A stretch of DNA of 64,000 bases from Nemertoderma westbladi (GCA_032718475.1 JAUCBJ010008410.1:1-64000); one strand, 5' to 3'; shown: positions 10,866-22,589, counted from the first letter of the stretch. Notes: generated by a model from the letters alone, not told the origin. Made by a program: numbers and translations.

Positions 10866-11255
10866 TCAATCTGATACTGTTTTTATATGTTCCTTATTGT
10901 AATCTGCTACCTCTTCACTTGCTTTTGTAACTTTTATTTTCTTTGTAGGTATAGAATCATTGTTGGGAATGGAAGATGTTTGAGATGTAGATCTGCGCTT
11001 TCTATCACTCGAGGTCTCTTCGATGTATGTCTTTGGATTAAATGTGGATGAAACTACTTCTGGAAATGACTTATTAACCTTAAACTTCCAAGTTGGTGGA
11101 TATAGAATCGTGAAACCGTCTGCTATATCAGTTGATGAAACATTTAACATCATATCGTAGAGAAACTCTATATATGGTATGTCTTTATCGTAATGTAACT
11201 GTAAATATTTGCTTTCCTTGTCTGTAATAATTACTTTTTTTTCTTGTACATTTAT
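10866..11255 (-). pseudogene. 5'-truncated duplicate of the 347-aa PC4-like gene
   Basis: Matches the 3' part of 17059-18102 and is cut at the duplication junction. Confidence 0.9.
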
Positions 11256-11952
11256 GAGATGTGTACGCAGTCAGCCACTCCTATCCACAACTGTCATCCA
11301 TTTTATCAGTACAGCAGTAATCTGATGTAATAACATTTGTTTTTTTTTTCAACTATAAGGATACTGCTGTCTACCCGAACCTTGATTAGCATACTGCTGT
11401 CATAACCTAGAAGGGACGCGTAGCTCTCACATATAGGGATTAGATCACCTACCCAAACAATACAGTACTGCAGTACTGTCGCTGTTCTTGATGTAACAGT
11501 ATAGTCAGATAGAGCATGCTGATTTCCTTTAATTAGCATTGTACTGCAGTACGGTACCGGTACCACAGTATTAATGTAACAGTACCCGTAGTAACAAACT
11601 GAGTCAATGTATACTTTATCGTGAGCCAGTTACAATCGGATGTGCGCGCAGTCAGCCATACTGCTGGGAAACGGTCCACCTTGCAGCCGTCTAGCCACCC
11701 TCACAGTCAGCCTCGCGGCACGCAGTCAGCCTCGCAGTCAGCCTCGCGGCATGCAGTCAGCCTCGCAACCAGCCTCGCAGCACGCAGTCAGCCTCGTGGT
11801 CGGTCATGTAGTCAGCCTCGCGGCACGCAGCCAGCCATGCAGCTAGACACGCAGTCAACCCGTGAGAGTCATGCTTATTCAAACGAGGTTAGTTTTCCCT
11901 AACTACCGATTGATTGATTGATTGAAAAATAATAATGTTTAATTTTCACCTT

Positions 11953-12498
11953 CTAATCACCAACACCTAAAGTCACAACACCAAACATTAATAAATAATT
12001 AACAAGTTTACTAAATATAGGGTAATAAATGTGAAATTTGCTAGGTGAACACATTAAAGTACATTTACCGGTATGAAAGCAGCAAATGACTACAGTATTA
12101 TTTATTCTTATTTTGCAATTATTAAAAATTTCAGGTTCATATATAACTTGAAGTTGCACATTATCAAAGACAACATAAAACCCTGTATTGTTTATCAATA
12201 ACCTATAGACTACAGACTTAATACTAAAAATATAAGTACATAAATTAACAGATTTTAAAATCAAATTAATACTAGTTTTATCAAATATATGTTTTTTTAC
12301 TTTTTGGAAATTATACTTACTGCCTAATAATGTAATACGACCATTTTTAAATATTAATAATGTGGCACCAAATATCTTATATATAAACTGATTTGGTTTG
12401 AGTATGTGTTTACCAGATAATTGATTTTTTAATTCTTTCAAATTAATTGCTGACACTTGCTGGCAACTTACATTCTTATTGACTATCTGATAGTTCAT
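11953..12498 (-). CDS. TBP-like protein, copy 2
   Basis: Translation identical to 5764-6309. Confidence 0.82.
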   Translation of the reverse strand: MNYQIVNKNVSCQQVSAINLKELKNQLSGKHILKPNQFIYKIFGATLLIFKNGRITLLGSKYNFQKVKKHIFDKTSINLILKSVNLCTYIFSIKSVVYRLLINNTGFYVVFDNVQLQVIYEPEIFNNCKIRINNTVVICCFHTGKCTLMCSPSKFHIYYPIFSKLVNYLLMFGVVTLGVGD

Positions 12499-15400
12499 TG
12501 TTTGGTTCCTGATAAATTGGTATATTGTTTTTTTTCATAGGTTTTTCGACCTTTGTTTGATAGTGACCCCAGGGAAGCGAATGATTTTTATTAACCCAAT
12601 AAAGTTTATCATCAAATGCGCTGAGAGCAAACTTATCTCGTGCTATAGTATACACTTTGTGTAATTTACTTTGAAATTGATGTGTTTCCTTGGAAATTTC
12701 TTCGTTATCGTAATATGCCCTCAAATAATCTTCGTGACAAATATTTTTATCCACGACAGCTCTTGTTATTCCTTTTGCCCGTCGTATATTGGAATCATTC
12801 CATTCTAAAATTGAATATAATTTTGGTCTTAAAAATACCGCTTGTTTAATCTCTCGTGAGGCTAGTTCGTCTTTACAGTAATAGAGCCTGGATTTATTTT
12901 TATCGCTGTAGAGAGGGTGATCCTTGGGGTAATTGGATGTATCTAGAATATTATTTTTAATTAAGGCTTTTAAAAAATTATTCTGCGATGTATTATAGTA
13001 ACAACCTATTAAAGAGTCCGTGTCTGATGCTACAATTTCAATTCGGCAGTTTAATTCTTTCTCAATAGGTAGCAATTTATCGTAATACAGCTGATACATA
13101 TCCAATTTAGCCAAGTCCAAGACAGTACTACCTATATAGACCGGCTTATCGAGAGTTACAGAGTCTTTTACTAATAAATGTCCCGATAAGGAATCGTTAT
13201 AAATCATGAAATTTTCATGATTTATTCGTTTGACTAATTGGTCACATTTTTCTTTACTATTAGCGATACGAAAGTTGCATCGGTCCCTTATCTTCTCTAT
13301 CGTTTTTCCAAATAAAGAATTGTTCAGCAATTTCGCGACAGCTGTTTAAATATAACTTTTTGCTAGCCGCCTTTGATTAATATTAAAATCTATATAGGGT
13401 TTAAATACAAAGTCTTGATGGAAAGAATATAATTTATGGAGCTTAGTAACAATTAAACCTTGTTTTATATAAAATTTTAACAGTTTTAAATTTACATGAT
13501 AGAATTCTTTATCGAATTGTGTCAACATAAGTTTCGGTGCACACATCTTATACTTGCTATTAGTGCCTCTTTGTTTACAAACATTGTTAAATTGTTCCCT
13601 CATATAAGGTGAAAGCATTGTCTCATTTATACTTAAATGTTCTGGAGCTAAGGGTAGTTCTAATGTACGATCGTGAATATCTTTGGGATATTTCAAATCG
13701 CAAATTAAGAAAAACCCAATATCACCTTCAGTATCAAGATTTGTTAAATATTTTATCAGTTCTTCTGGAGCAGCATTCTCTAAATATGTAACGTTGACTT
13801 GTTCAAAACCTGAAACAGGTAGCTTTTTACTTAAATTACCAGAATACAAGGAATTAAAATCTATATTGAAAATATGACACTCTTCCTTGCTTGGATCATA
13901 ATTATCAGTATCTGGTATATTTGATTCTATGTAATGCTTTCGACAGAATGAAACCCCTCCTCTAATAGATGCTTCAAAATCTCTATATGTTTGGTAATCT
14001 TTTATTAATGTTAACTTACATTTATTGTATTTCAGGGTGCAATCATAAGTGAAAGCTGCGATATTGCAATAATAAACTACTTCTAATTCGTAGTTTTGTC
14101 TACACACTCTCCTAAAGTTCTCAAATATATCAGCGAGGAGACAAACATCGAGTTTTAAGTATGCTAAAAGATAATCCTTGAGATTCACACAGTCAAACTG
14201 ACTCCATGATGCGTTGGCAAAACTATATTCCTCGGGTGTACAGGTATTTTGTGTTAATTTACTATAAAATTTGTCTATTGATGGTAATTTCGAATCATTG
14301 AATTTATTTAAATCTGTCAGATACTCGTAGGGAAATATACCTTTTCGTTTAATTGTTGCATTATTTAAATTTGGATAAAAATATTTCATTTGCTGTTCAG
14401 TAATTGGTAGAACTGATGTTATATCCTCGCTGTCTATATCCTTTGTTGAAAAATCAACTAAAGTACTTAGGGAAAAGGATAAAAATTGATATGTGTCTAA
14501 GACACGTAGCTCGATCTTAGTTTTTTCATCTTTCACTGGTATATGCATGCTTAGTGAAATATACCTTTCAGAATTTTTAGGGATTACCTTTATATCCCAA
14601 TCGGAATATTTATTATTGCTAAAACCAACTTGCAAAAGAAAATGCAAATCGTAGAGATTGCAGTTGTGTGCAGCGAGTATATACATGTGTCATTTCAACG
14701 ATAAAGAGTGGTTACATGCGTTACAAGCGGCCGCTATATAGTTACCAGTAATATGTGAGTGATGTTTGTTTTTCTCAGACTTATCCTTAAATAAAACATT
14801 GCAATAAAAGCAAGTTTTAGCTTTCCAAAAACTTAACTTATCTGCATCATTAAGTATCATTCTCTCTCTTGTGTGGTCTTCCGACCACTTATATAATTGG
14901 GTGATGTCATTATATACAGAGTCTAAAAAGTCTTGAATACAGTTGTTGTCGATTGTTTTTGTAAAGGTCTTCAAATAAAATTTTGGTGGATTGATTAATT
15001 CGGCACTAGGAACAATTAAATAACTTACAGCGCATGGAATATGATTCTGAATAAATTTACTGTTGGTGGCTGGCTCCAAAATAGATTCTATGTCAAAATA
15101 TATTACAAACAATGCTGGTAATGTTCTGTCTAAATTTCTAAAGCTAATGTGAGTTCTTTTTTCAGATGGTAGCTTCTCAACTTGACTTTTTCCTCGATAA
15201 CAAACAAGACGGTGATGTTCTAGAACATCATTGGTGTAGAAAGGCGCCAAACACCGTTCACAATATTTCCTACCACGAGTATGAAGAGCTCTCGTATTCA
15301 TCAAACGATTCAAGTTAGTTATGCAAACATAATGTGATTGTTTACTCGTATTCTTATTTTTTACAAGTAATATATTCAATAACTCTTTATCTGGAGTGAT

Positions 15401-16498
15401 TTTACTAAATGGTGCCTGTCTTAATATAGATACTCGATTGTTGTTGTAGAGTAATAAATTAATTATATATGCTGAATTCTGTTTTTCAAAAAGTTTAATT
15501 GCAAGCTGCCATTCTGTTGGATAATCTTTGTTCCCGTTGTCAAAAATAAAATGACACATATAATTTTTGTACTGCGAAGTACGATATTTGTTGTTCTTCA
15601 CTTTGCTACTAAATTTTGTAGCTATAATTGCCCATTTAAAACAATCATTATCAGCCGTTTGTATATTTATAACACATTTTTTAACTGATAGAGCCTTAGG
15701 TAACTCCATATAACCGTGTCCCTTATATAGTAACGACCTACACTTGGATTCAGCTACTTTAATTTCAACCCTTAATAAAGATTTAACACGCCACCCTGAG
15801 CCACGAGTGTTAAACATGGCTATTTTTTGCATTAATTTTTCTAATACATACTCAAACCATGTGTCAAAACTTTCATGTGAATCTACGGTATTAACTGCAC
15901 CACCTGAAGAACTAAAATAGAAAGCTTCTTCTTGATCACCCTCTGAAAAATGTGATCGATACATGAGTATATTCACACCTAGCCAGGGTCTAAGTACATT
16001 CATTTCGCTAAGTTTTCCTAATAATAAAGTTTGGATGTGAGGTAGAATTTTAATTAATGATGAATGAATATCAGGAAAATCTTCATCATTTGGAAGATTG
16101 TAAACATAGATTTCTAAACGGTTATCGTGTGCGGCTTGTTCGATGTTAAAAATTGATGAACCTTGACCAGATTTCAGTCTTTTTCTAGATACGATAGTAT
16201 TGTTTTGGTTCCGTTGTGGTGGTGGTCTAACATGATAATAACGTTGGTGACAGTCGTGACGTAAGTAATTCTCATATAAATACTCTTTATTACAAGTAGG
16301 GCAAGTTTTTTCATACACGCAAAACTTCATTTCTTTACATCCTGTAGTTGTTTCATGTCGTTTACATATTTCTTCACGTGAACATTTCACTCGACAATTA
16401 AAACAATTGTATTCTTCAAAATGAGATTTCACATGTGTTAAATAATTTCGTTTAGAAATTTGATGAGGACAAAATGGACATTTCAATTGTTTATCCAT
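12476..16498 (-). pseudogene. pPolB, copy 2 (same two in-frame stops)
   Basis: Same frame structure as copy 1, with 6 amino-acid differences. Confidence 0.93.
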
Positions 16499-17058
16499 CT
16501 CTTTATTATCCTAAAAACAATTTAAAATTAATATGAATATTGTTATATATATAATCAAAAAAATTCATAAGCTACTCAACACAAATAAAATATAATATCT
16601 AAACTTTAATTAATTTAATATTTTCAGAATGAGCTCGAATGAATCAGTTGAGCTCTTTATATATATATATATTTCAAGTTTCTACTTATACCAACCAATC
16701 ATAAATAACAGTTACATTGGAAACTAATATCATAAATAAAGTTGCTTTTACAACTGAATTCTTTATAATAAAATCAAGTCTAAACCAAGATGTGTATAAT
16801 GCGTTTTTAATTTTCATTGATAAAGTAGGTTTTACATGCAAATGTTTTATTATGGTGGTGTAAACTCATGCATTTACATGCGAATGTTTTATACCTAATC
16901 CCGTGCTCACATTAAATATAAACTATCACCAATATTTACTCAATAAAGTCACCTTTACATGCAAATACTTTATAATAATCACACTTTGTGATAAAAAGTT
17001 ACCTTTACAAGTCAGTGTGAAACTGAAAAAGAAAAGTCTCTATCTAGTTAATAATAAA

Positions 17059-18102
17059 TCAATCTGATACTGTTTTTATATGTTCCTTATTGTAATCTGC
17101 TACCTCTTCACTTGCTTTTGTAACTTTTATTTTCTTTGTAGGTATAGAATCATTGTTGGGAATGGAAGATGTTTGAGATGTAGATCTGCGCTTTCTATCA
17201 CTCGAGGTCTCTTCGATGTATGTCTTTGGATTAAATGTGGATGAAACTACTTCTGGAAATGACTTATTAACCTTAAACTTCCAAGTTGGTGGATATAGAA
17301 TCGTGAAACCGTCTGCTATATCAGTTGATGAAACATTTAACATCATATCGTAGAGAAACTCTATATATGGTATGTCTTTATCGTAATGTAACTGTAAATA
17401 TTTGCTTTCCTTGTCTGTAATAATTACTTTTTTTTCTTGTACATTTATTTTTACTTTAAGTCGGTCAGATAAAGCTTTATCGCCCGTATCTAGCTCTGAA
17501 AAGACACCTTCGTTACTAATTTCATAATTCCATTCATACCACAATGAATTTACTTCCGATGCTGTTAAGTTAAACCCATTATAATACCTAAGACCAATAG
17601 CATCAGAATATCTAGCTGAAATCTCCCATAGTCCCATATAAGTCGCTCCTTTATATTTGCTTACAAAACCGACAAAAGATGGGTTGGTTAAATTAACAAC
17701 AGAACACTGATTTATTATTTCGAGTGGTGGTGATAACAATTCTAATATTTCTGTCTTACTCTGAAGCAATAAATTAATGAGTGATTTGTTTAGAATTTGA
17801 CATTTGCCTTGCTTCTGAATATATACGTTTTCAGTAATAACACAGGTGGAAATATTTAACTTTCCTCTTGTAAATTCTATATTAGGATAAATATTACCTC
17901 TTGAAACTGGTGATTCCTTTTGTCGGTTGATTAATATTTCTAAGACGTCTAGAAGGTAGAGTGTATCCTGGTAAGAGAAGCACGTTGTTACATTGCTATC
18001 GCTTGAGAGTAATATAAAGTACTTGCCATAAACAATACTACAGGTATATTTATTAAATGTAAATTTCCAAGTATTGCTTGAAGTTTTTTTAAATAAATCC
18101 AT
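17059..18102 (-). CDS. Polinton protein with PC4/Sub1-like ssDNA-binding segment and basic C-terminus
   Basis: Intact 347-aa ORF. FVSKYKGATYMGLWE...GFNLTASEVNSL resembles PC4 VSVRDFKGKVLIDIREY...GISLNPEQWSQL. RKRR and KKIK look like NLS patches. Confidence 0.5.
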   Translation of the reverse strand: MDLFKKTSSNTWKFTFNKYTCSIVYGKYFILLSSDSNVTTCFSYQDTLYLLDVLEILINRQKESPVSRGNIYPNIEFTRGKLNISTCVITENVYIQKQGKCQILNKSLINLLLQSKTEILELLSPPLEIINQCSVVNLTNPSFVGFVSKYKGATYMGLWEISARYSDAIGLRYYNGFNLTASEVNSLWYEWNYEISNEGVFSELDTGDKALSDRLKVKINVQEKKVIITDKESKYLQLHYDKDIPYIEFLYDMMLNVSSTDIADGFTILYPPTWKFKVNKSFPEVVSSTFNPKTYIEETSSDRKRRSTSQTSSIPNNDSIPTKKIKVTKASEEVADYNKEHIKTVSD

Positions 18103-18541
18103 AATTAGAATGAAAACTATTTTGAAAAATAAAAACTAAATAAATGATTATTAGAATGTAAAACTTCGGTTTATATGCTTGCTTTAATAAAACAGAGTGA
18201 CTTACAGTGAGGAATATAGTTGCTTCGTGTAACAGATGCAACGTGTACAGCTAAATTTATTACATTAGCGTGAGTTAGAGAGTGAAATAGCAGTAACGTG
18301 TAACAGATGCAACGTGATCAATGCTAGCCCTGTCATTCTAACTTATATTCAACTTAGTTGATCGACCAGTTACATCGATAAAAGAAATTGATTATTATTA
18401 ATAGTCGAATTAATGTATTCTACGCTATAGTAATTATGTTAAGGAACTAGAAGCTATTTATAAACATCTGCTACCAGTGATGAAGATGAAGAATTCAATG
18501 ACTATGGTATAACTCAGATATTTATCGCCTTTTTCTCTCGA

Positions 18542-18615
18542 GGTTGGATGGAAGAGTGATTGGTGAGTTGTGAGGAGTTATATCGGTCCCGGGTTCGAAC
18601 CCTGTTGAATATTTT
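18542..18615 (+). promoter_or_regulatory. tRNA-like RNA polymerase III A-box/B-box element
   Basis: A-box-like TGGAAGAGTGA (18549) and B-box GGTTCGAACCC (18592) at tRNA spacing, a T-arm-like stem and a TTTT after it. No acceptor stem. Confidence 0.4.
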
Positions 18616-18616
18616 G

Positions 18617-18930
18617 TTATCTGAAAAATTGCAAAATTAAATTTAGTTACTAGTGAAAAATAGCGATTTGAAAAATAATAGAAGTTACCTGATGCTAAGT
18701 GTAGACACCCGAACACCTGTAAAATAAAGGTTGGTGATTGGATGCAGTACTAGCATTGGGTGACTAATAACGCTTATCTGAAAAATTGCAAAATTAAATT
18801 TAGTTACTAGTGAAAAATAGCGATTTGAAAAATAATAGAAGTTACCTGATGCTAAGTGTAGACACCCGAACACCTGTAAAATAAAGGTTGGTGATTGGAT
18901 GCAGTACTAGCGTTGGGTGACTAATAATGC
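18617..18930. repeat. 2 x 157-bp tandem repeat in the Polinton subterminal/TIR region
   Basis: 18617-18773 and 18774-18930 are almost identical. Confidence 0.95.
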
Positions 18931-19299
18931 CTCTAGCGGAATAAGCGGGAACTTGAGAAGTTACCATGGTTACGGATGAAATGCTGACATCTGATTGGTT
19001 GAAATAATAACGACCACTGCAAAAGGTTGAAATGGTGGCTTCTGATTGGCTGCAGTACCAGAAATGGATGGTAATGATGGACTACGGGTGACCTTGGATG
19101 AGGGGCCATGTAATGTATACTACTACTGTCTATATGGGATTCTGCTCTATAATAGTTATGTAACCTTATCCAGAAGACTACTACGTTCAGCATGAAGTCG
19201 CTCCTAGAAGTTGTGACCAGAAGCGGTTTACTGCCACAACTGAAAGATTTGAGAATGAGAACCATCCTGAAGAAATACCCTCTCAGACATTGCCTGTGT

Positions 19300-22210
19300 C
19301 AACAAGGACCGCAGTGCAACAGTAAGATGTTACTACAGTCCAACCAATGCATCAGATCCTGAACAAGAAAGATATATAGGTAGAGGTAAAATGCTGGAAA
19401 TCATAAGAGCTTATGGAATATCAGACGTAATCGTTGCTGACCATTGGATTGTTATATTCTGACACAAAAGCTCAGGTACTCTCACCAGATAGTAGTGAAA
19501 CTAAGTTCTTATCAATCCTGGCTGGTGTACTGCAAGGTGATGCAATGATGATTGTAAAAAGTTCAACTTTTGCTAACACTTTTTTCACTTAACTCTTGTC
19601 CTTCGGCTGTTGTGATAGGATTTTTGCGCAGCCTATCACTGCTAGAACTTTTCACAGTAAAAACCTTTTCGGGATCTAGAACGTGATTATCTATACAGTC
19701 CTATATTGATTACAGACGAGTAGGTCTTGTTAAATTATGTTATTAAGTAAATATTCCAATATTCCAACATTTGTACATATATACATACATATCTAATACA
19801 TACATAACATATATATATATATAACATATATATAACATATACATACGTAATCTCATCGAACAAAAATTGAACAAAAAATGGACAAACCAATGGACCGGTA
19901 AAAGCATTAAAACCTCTGTATTTAAATATTGGAATCCAGGGAGGAGTACTTTATTATCTGGGAGTATAAAAAGTACTTATTTTACTGATTTTGAGAAAAA
20001 TTACAACATAAAATAACCTATAACCAACCAAACCCCGTTTCAAATAACCAAAATATACATGACCAACCATTAAAGATTGGTGCATAACTAACTATTGAAA
20101 AAATGTTGGCACTGCAAACACTATCGTTTCTTTCTTGTCTGGACAGGGTTGGTACAGTGCAGACAAGCAAGACAGTTCTATGCTAAGGAATACTAGTACT
20201 TGTACTCCAACCGAGGTATTGGATCAAATAAAAAAGGTCGAAATAAGTGGGTCCCTTTTATACAAAAATATCTGATAAGACTAGGAAAACTGTCAGTCAA
20301 TACATAATTGAGGCCAGGATTGGCCGAAACCAAAGCAATGTTACCTGTGAATGGCTGAAGAAAATATTTATCCAACATAATTAATTATCACCTGATCACC
20401 TCTGCCTCCTCGACACTTTGCCTGCGCCTCCTCAACGAGAATTCGTTTGTAGAGGACCTCGCCGTTAAGTTCCCAGGAGCGTTTAACGTGGAGACTCTCT
20501 CTGCATACAGAGAGTTTCGCGCCGAGAGAGATGCAAACTTTGTCGCCAAACAATACTCTGACGGCCCAGCTTTCTCCTCGGCAACGTGGAAGAAGCCTGG
20601 TCAGAAGAATCCGGCACCTGGTCGCGCGAGTGACAGCCCACGGATTTCACCACAAGCTGTGTCTGAACAACCGGGGGTTCCATGAACTCTCCTCTAGCTG
20701 CATCTGCAGATTCTGTATGGAATCGTCCCAGTCGCGTTACCATGCGCTTCATTGCCCTCAATGTCCTCCTCTCTCGGTGCTGTCACTCTCATAAATTCGT
20801 TTCCTTCACAACACGGCTCGGCCCACAAACAGACAATACTTAACTGGTATTATCTTTTATCATGCGTTTACTAATAATTCATGCATAAATCATGCATTTA
20901 CTAATAACCTATTTAATCAAATTTTACAATTTATTACCCCGGCTGGGGGTGTATCTTTAAATATATATTATCACCTGATCAAAGGCGGCATTTTGGAAAA
21001 TTCCGGTAGGGCCCATGAAAAATACTGTGCAAACGGTTTAACTACAAAGGCCTCTAGCGAAAATTCCCGTTGGGCCTATGTAAATTACTTTCATGTGCAA
21101 ACGGTTTACCACAAAGGCCTCTACCGCAATCAGATTTCACCTTCAACCCAAAAGCTACCATGTGCCACCACCGGCCCCCACTCTCCCTCCCTATTAAGAC
21201 TGTATCCTTACTTGGTAAGGAGATTTCTAATTAAATTACAGAGGGATACCAGCAGGGTATTTATTTCCCTGCTGCTGAGCCTTATGGCTTATTGGTTAAA
21301 CCTATTTAATGCAGCCTGGAGAGTGGAAGTGGAAATGCCCACTACCCAATAACATTATGACTCAATAATAATATTAATTAACATATCAGTAAACCATGAA
21401 TTTACCTACTGAGTAAATGAATATCTTGGAAGTATATTGGTTTTTTTTCCACGGTGCTTCAAACTCAGCCAGGTACAATGATGGCCATAAAGGGAGAAGA
21501 GTTTGGATTCATACATCAAGTAGCAGATATTTCCGGCAACTACAGTCACATACACATAACTTTGCAGATGACATGGTCCTGCTTTCTAATATGCTAGCAG
21601 ATGCACTGGTTCTACTGAATAAATAAATTCCAATAAAATGGTAGAAAGGAGGTTGGATGGCATATAAATTATATTAAGGCATTTAATCAATGACATTTAA
21701 TTGTAATAGAAACTTAACCTCAACTGATAATAATTGACTAAGGAAGGTTGCTGACCAGTACCTTGTTTCATGAATAGAAAGCAGCAAAAAAGTCATAGAA
21801 AATAGGAAAGTAAATGTAAAGATAGTTCTATTAAAAATTGATACCATCTGGAAATCAGACCTCTCCAGGCCATGAAAACAAGTTCGTTCTTTCGAGCCGT
21901 AGTGGAAACTGTACTTCTATAAGGGGTGAGACCTGGACACCGACGATATCAATTGCACAATGAATTGATGGTTGTTACACAAGACCACTAAGGGAAACCC
22001 TAAACAGCAGCTGGATACAACACATGACAAACGTCGAGCTTTATGGTACATTACCACCTGAATCAACCACTCATCATGAATGCAGGTTAATATACAGTGG
22101 GCACTGCTGGAAAAGAAAACATGAGGTCATACCAGATCTACATTTCTGTCAACCCAACTTTTCTAGACTCATGGAAAGGTTGATGGTCGATGTAGACTGT
22201 CAATAAAAAT
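19300..22210 (+). mobile_element. Degenerate RTE-clade LINE remnant, interrupted by a ~1.9-kb insert
   Basis: Fragments YYSPTNAS, MLEIIRAYG...ILAGVLQGD, NFADD.VLLSN and MTNVELYG.LP. The insert 19551-21475 is flanked by a CAATGATG direct repeat. Confidence 0.75.
20399..20966 (+). mobile_element. 5'-truncated non-LTR retrotransposon copy with 15-bp TSD
   Basis: TSD ATTATCACCTGATCA at 20384-20398 and 20967-20981. Cys/His-rich C-terminus (HGFHHKLC...CICRFC...YHALHC), 3' stem-loop ACCCC-GGCT-GGGGGT and a TA-rich tail. Confidence 0.65.
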
Positions 22211-22416
22211 GCATAGTAACCTTACAAATTACCAATCAAATATATGTAAGAATAAATAGAAGGCATTTGATATCCATAAACATACATTTGATACAAAAAC
22301 ATACAATATACAATTATTCTGTTTGGCTAATTAAGAAATTCAATACTGAGTGATTAATTTTACTGAATCACCCATTGTTTAGTGCTCCGAACTTCATGTT
22401 ATCATATTATAAATAG

Positions 22417-22589
22417 GCGTTTAGATGGTTATGATGGAGGTGCTAATAGTCCCAGTGTCTGTGGTGGAGCCGGTGGTATGGACACAGCAACTATTGTGAT
22501 TGGCGATTTGGGAGATTCTACAAAAACTGGAGCACTCCTGGCGCATGAGATTGGACATCTTCTCTTATTCCTTCATGATGAGGATATGG
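22417..22589 (+). CDS. Host ADAM/reprolysin (M12B) metalloprotease exon with zinc-binding motif
   Basis: AG/GT-bounded exon encoding ...ALLAHEIGHLLLFLHDEDM and ending in phase 1. Confidence 0.85.

Larger units (their letters stand above)
5068..17448. repeat. Near-identical 6.19-kb tandem duplication (5068-11255 / 11257-17448)
   Basis: Constant 6189-bp offset. One extra G at the junction (11256), a 4-bp indel near 10850/17040 and a few substitutions. Confidence 0.97.
1..19127. mobile_element. Polinton/Maverick (endogenous polintovirus), right-hand part; left end, integrase and packaging ATPase not in window
   Basis: Clustered minor capsid, major capsid, adenain protease and pPolB genes. Terminus ACTACTACT at 19119-19127 matches the (AGT)n/(ACT)n ends typical of Polintons, and unrelated LINE debris follows. 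Confidence 0.93.

Noticed and set aside
11257-17448. Pure assembly artefact duplication
   Set aside because: The copies differ by biologically patterned substitutions and a 4-bp indel and have a discrete junction. A haplotype mis-join cannot be fully excluded without reads.
18542-18615. Bona fide tRNA gene
   Set aside because: The T-arm and boxes are present, but the acceptor and anticodon stems do not pair. Kept only as a Pol III-like element.
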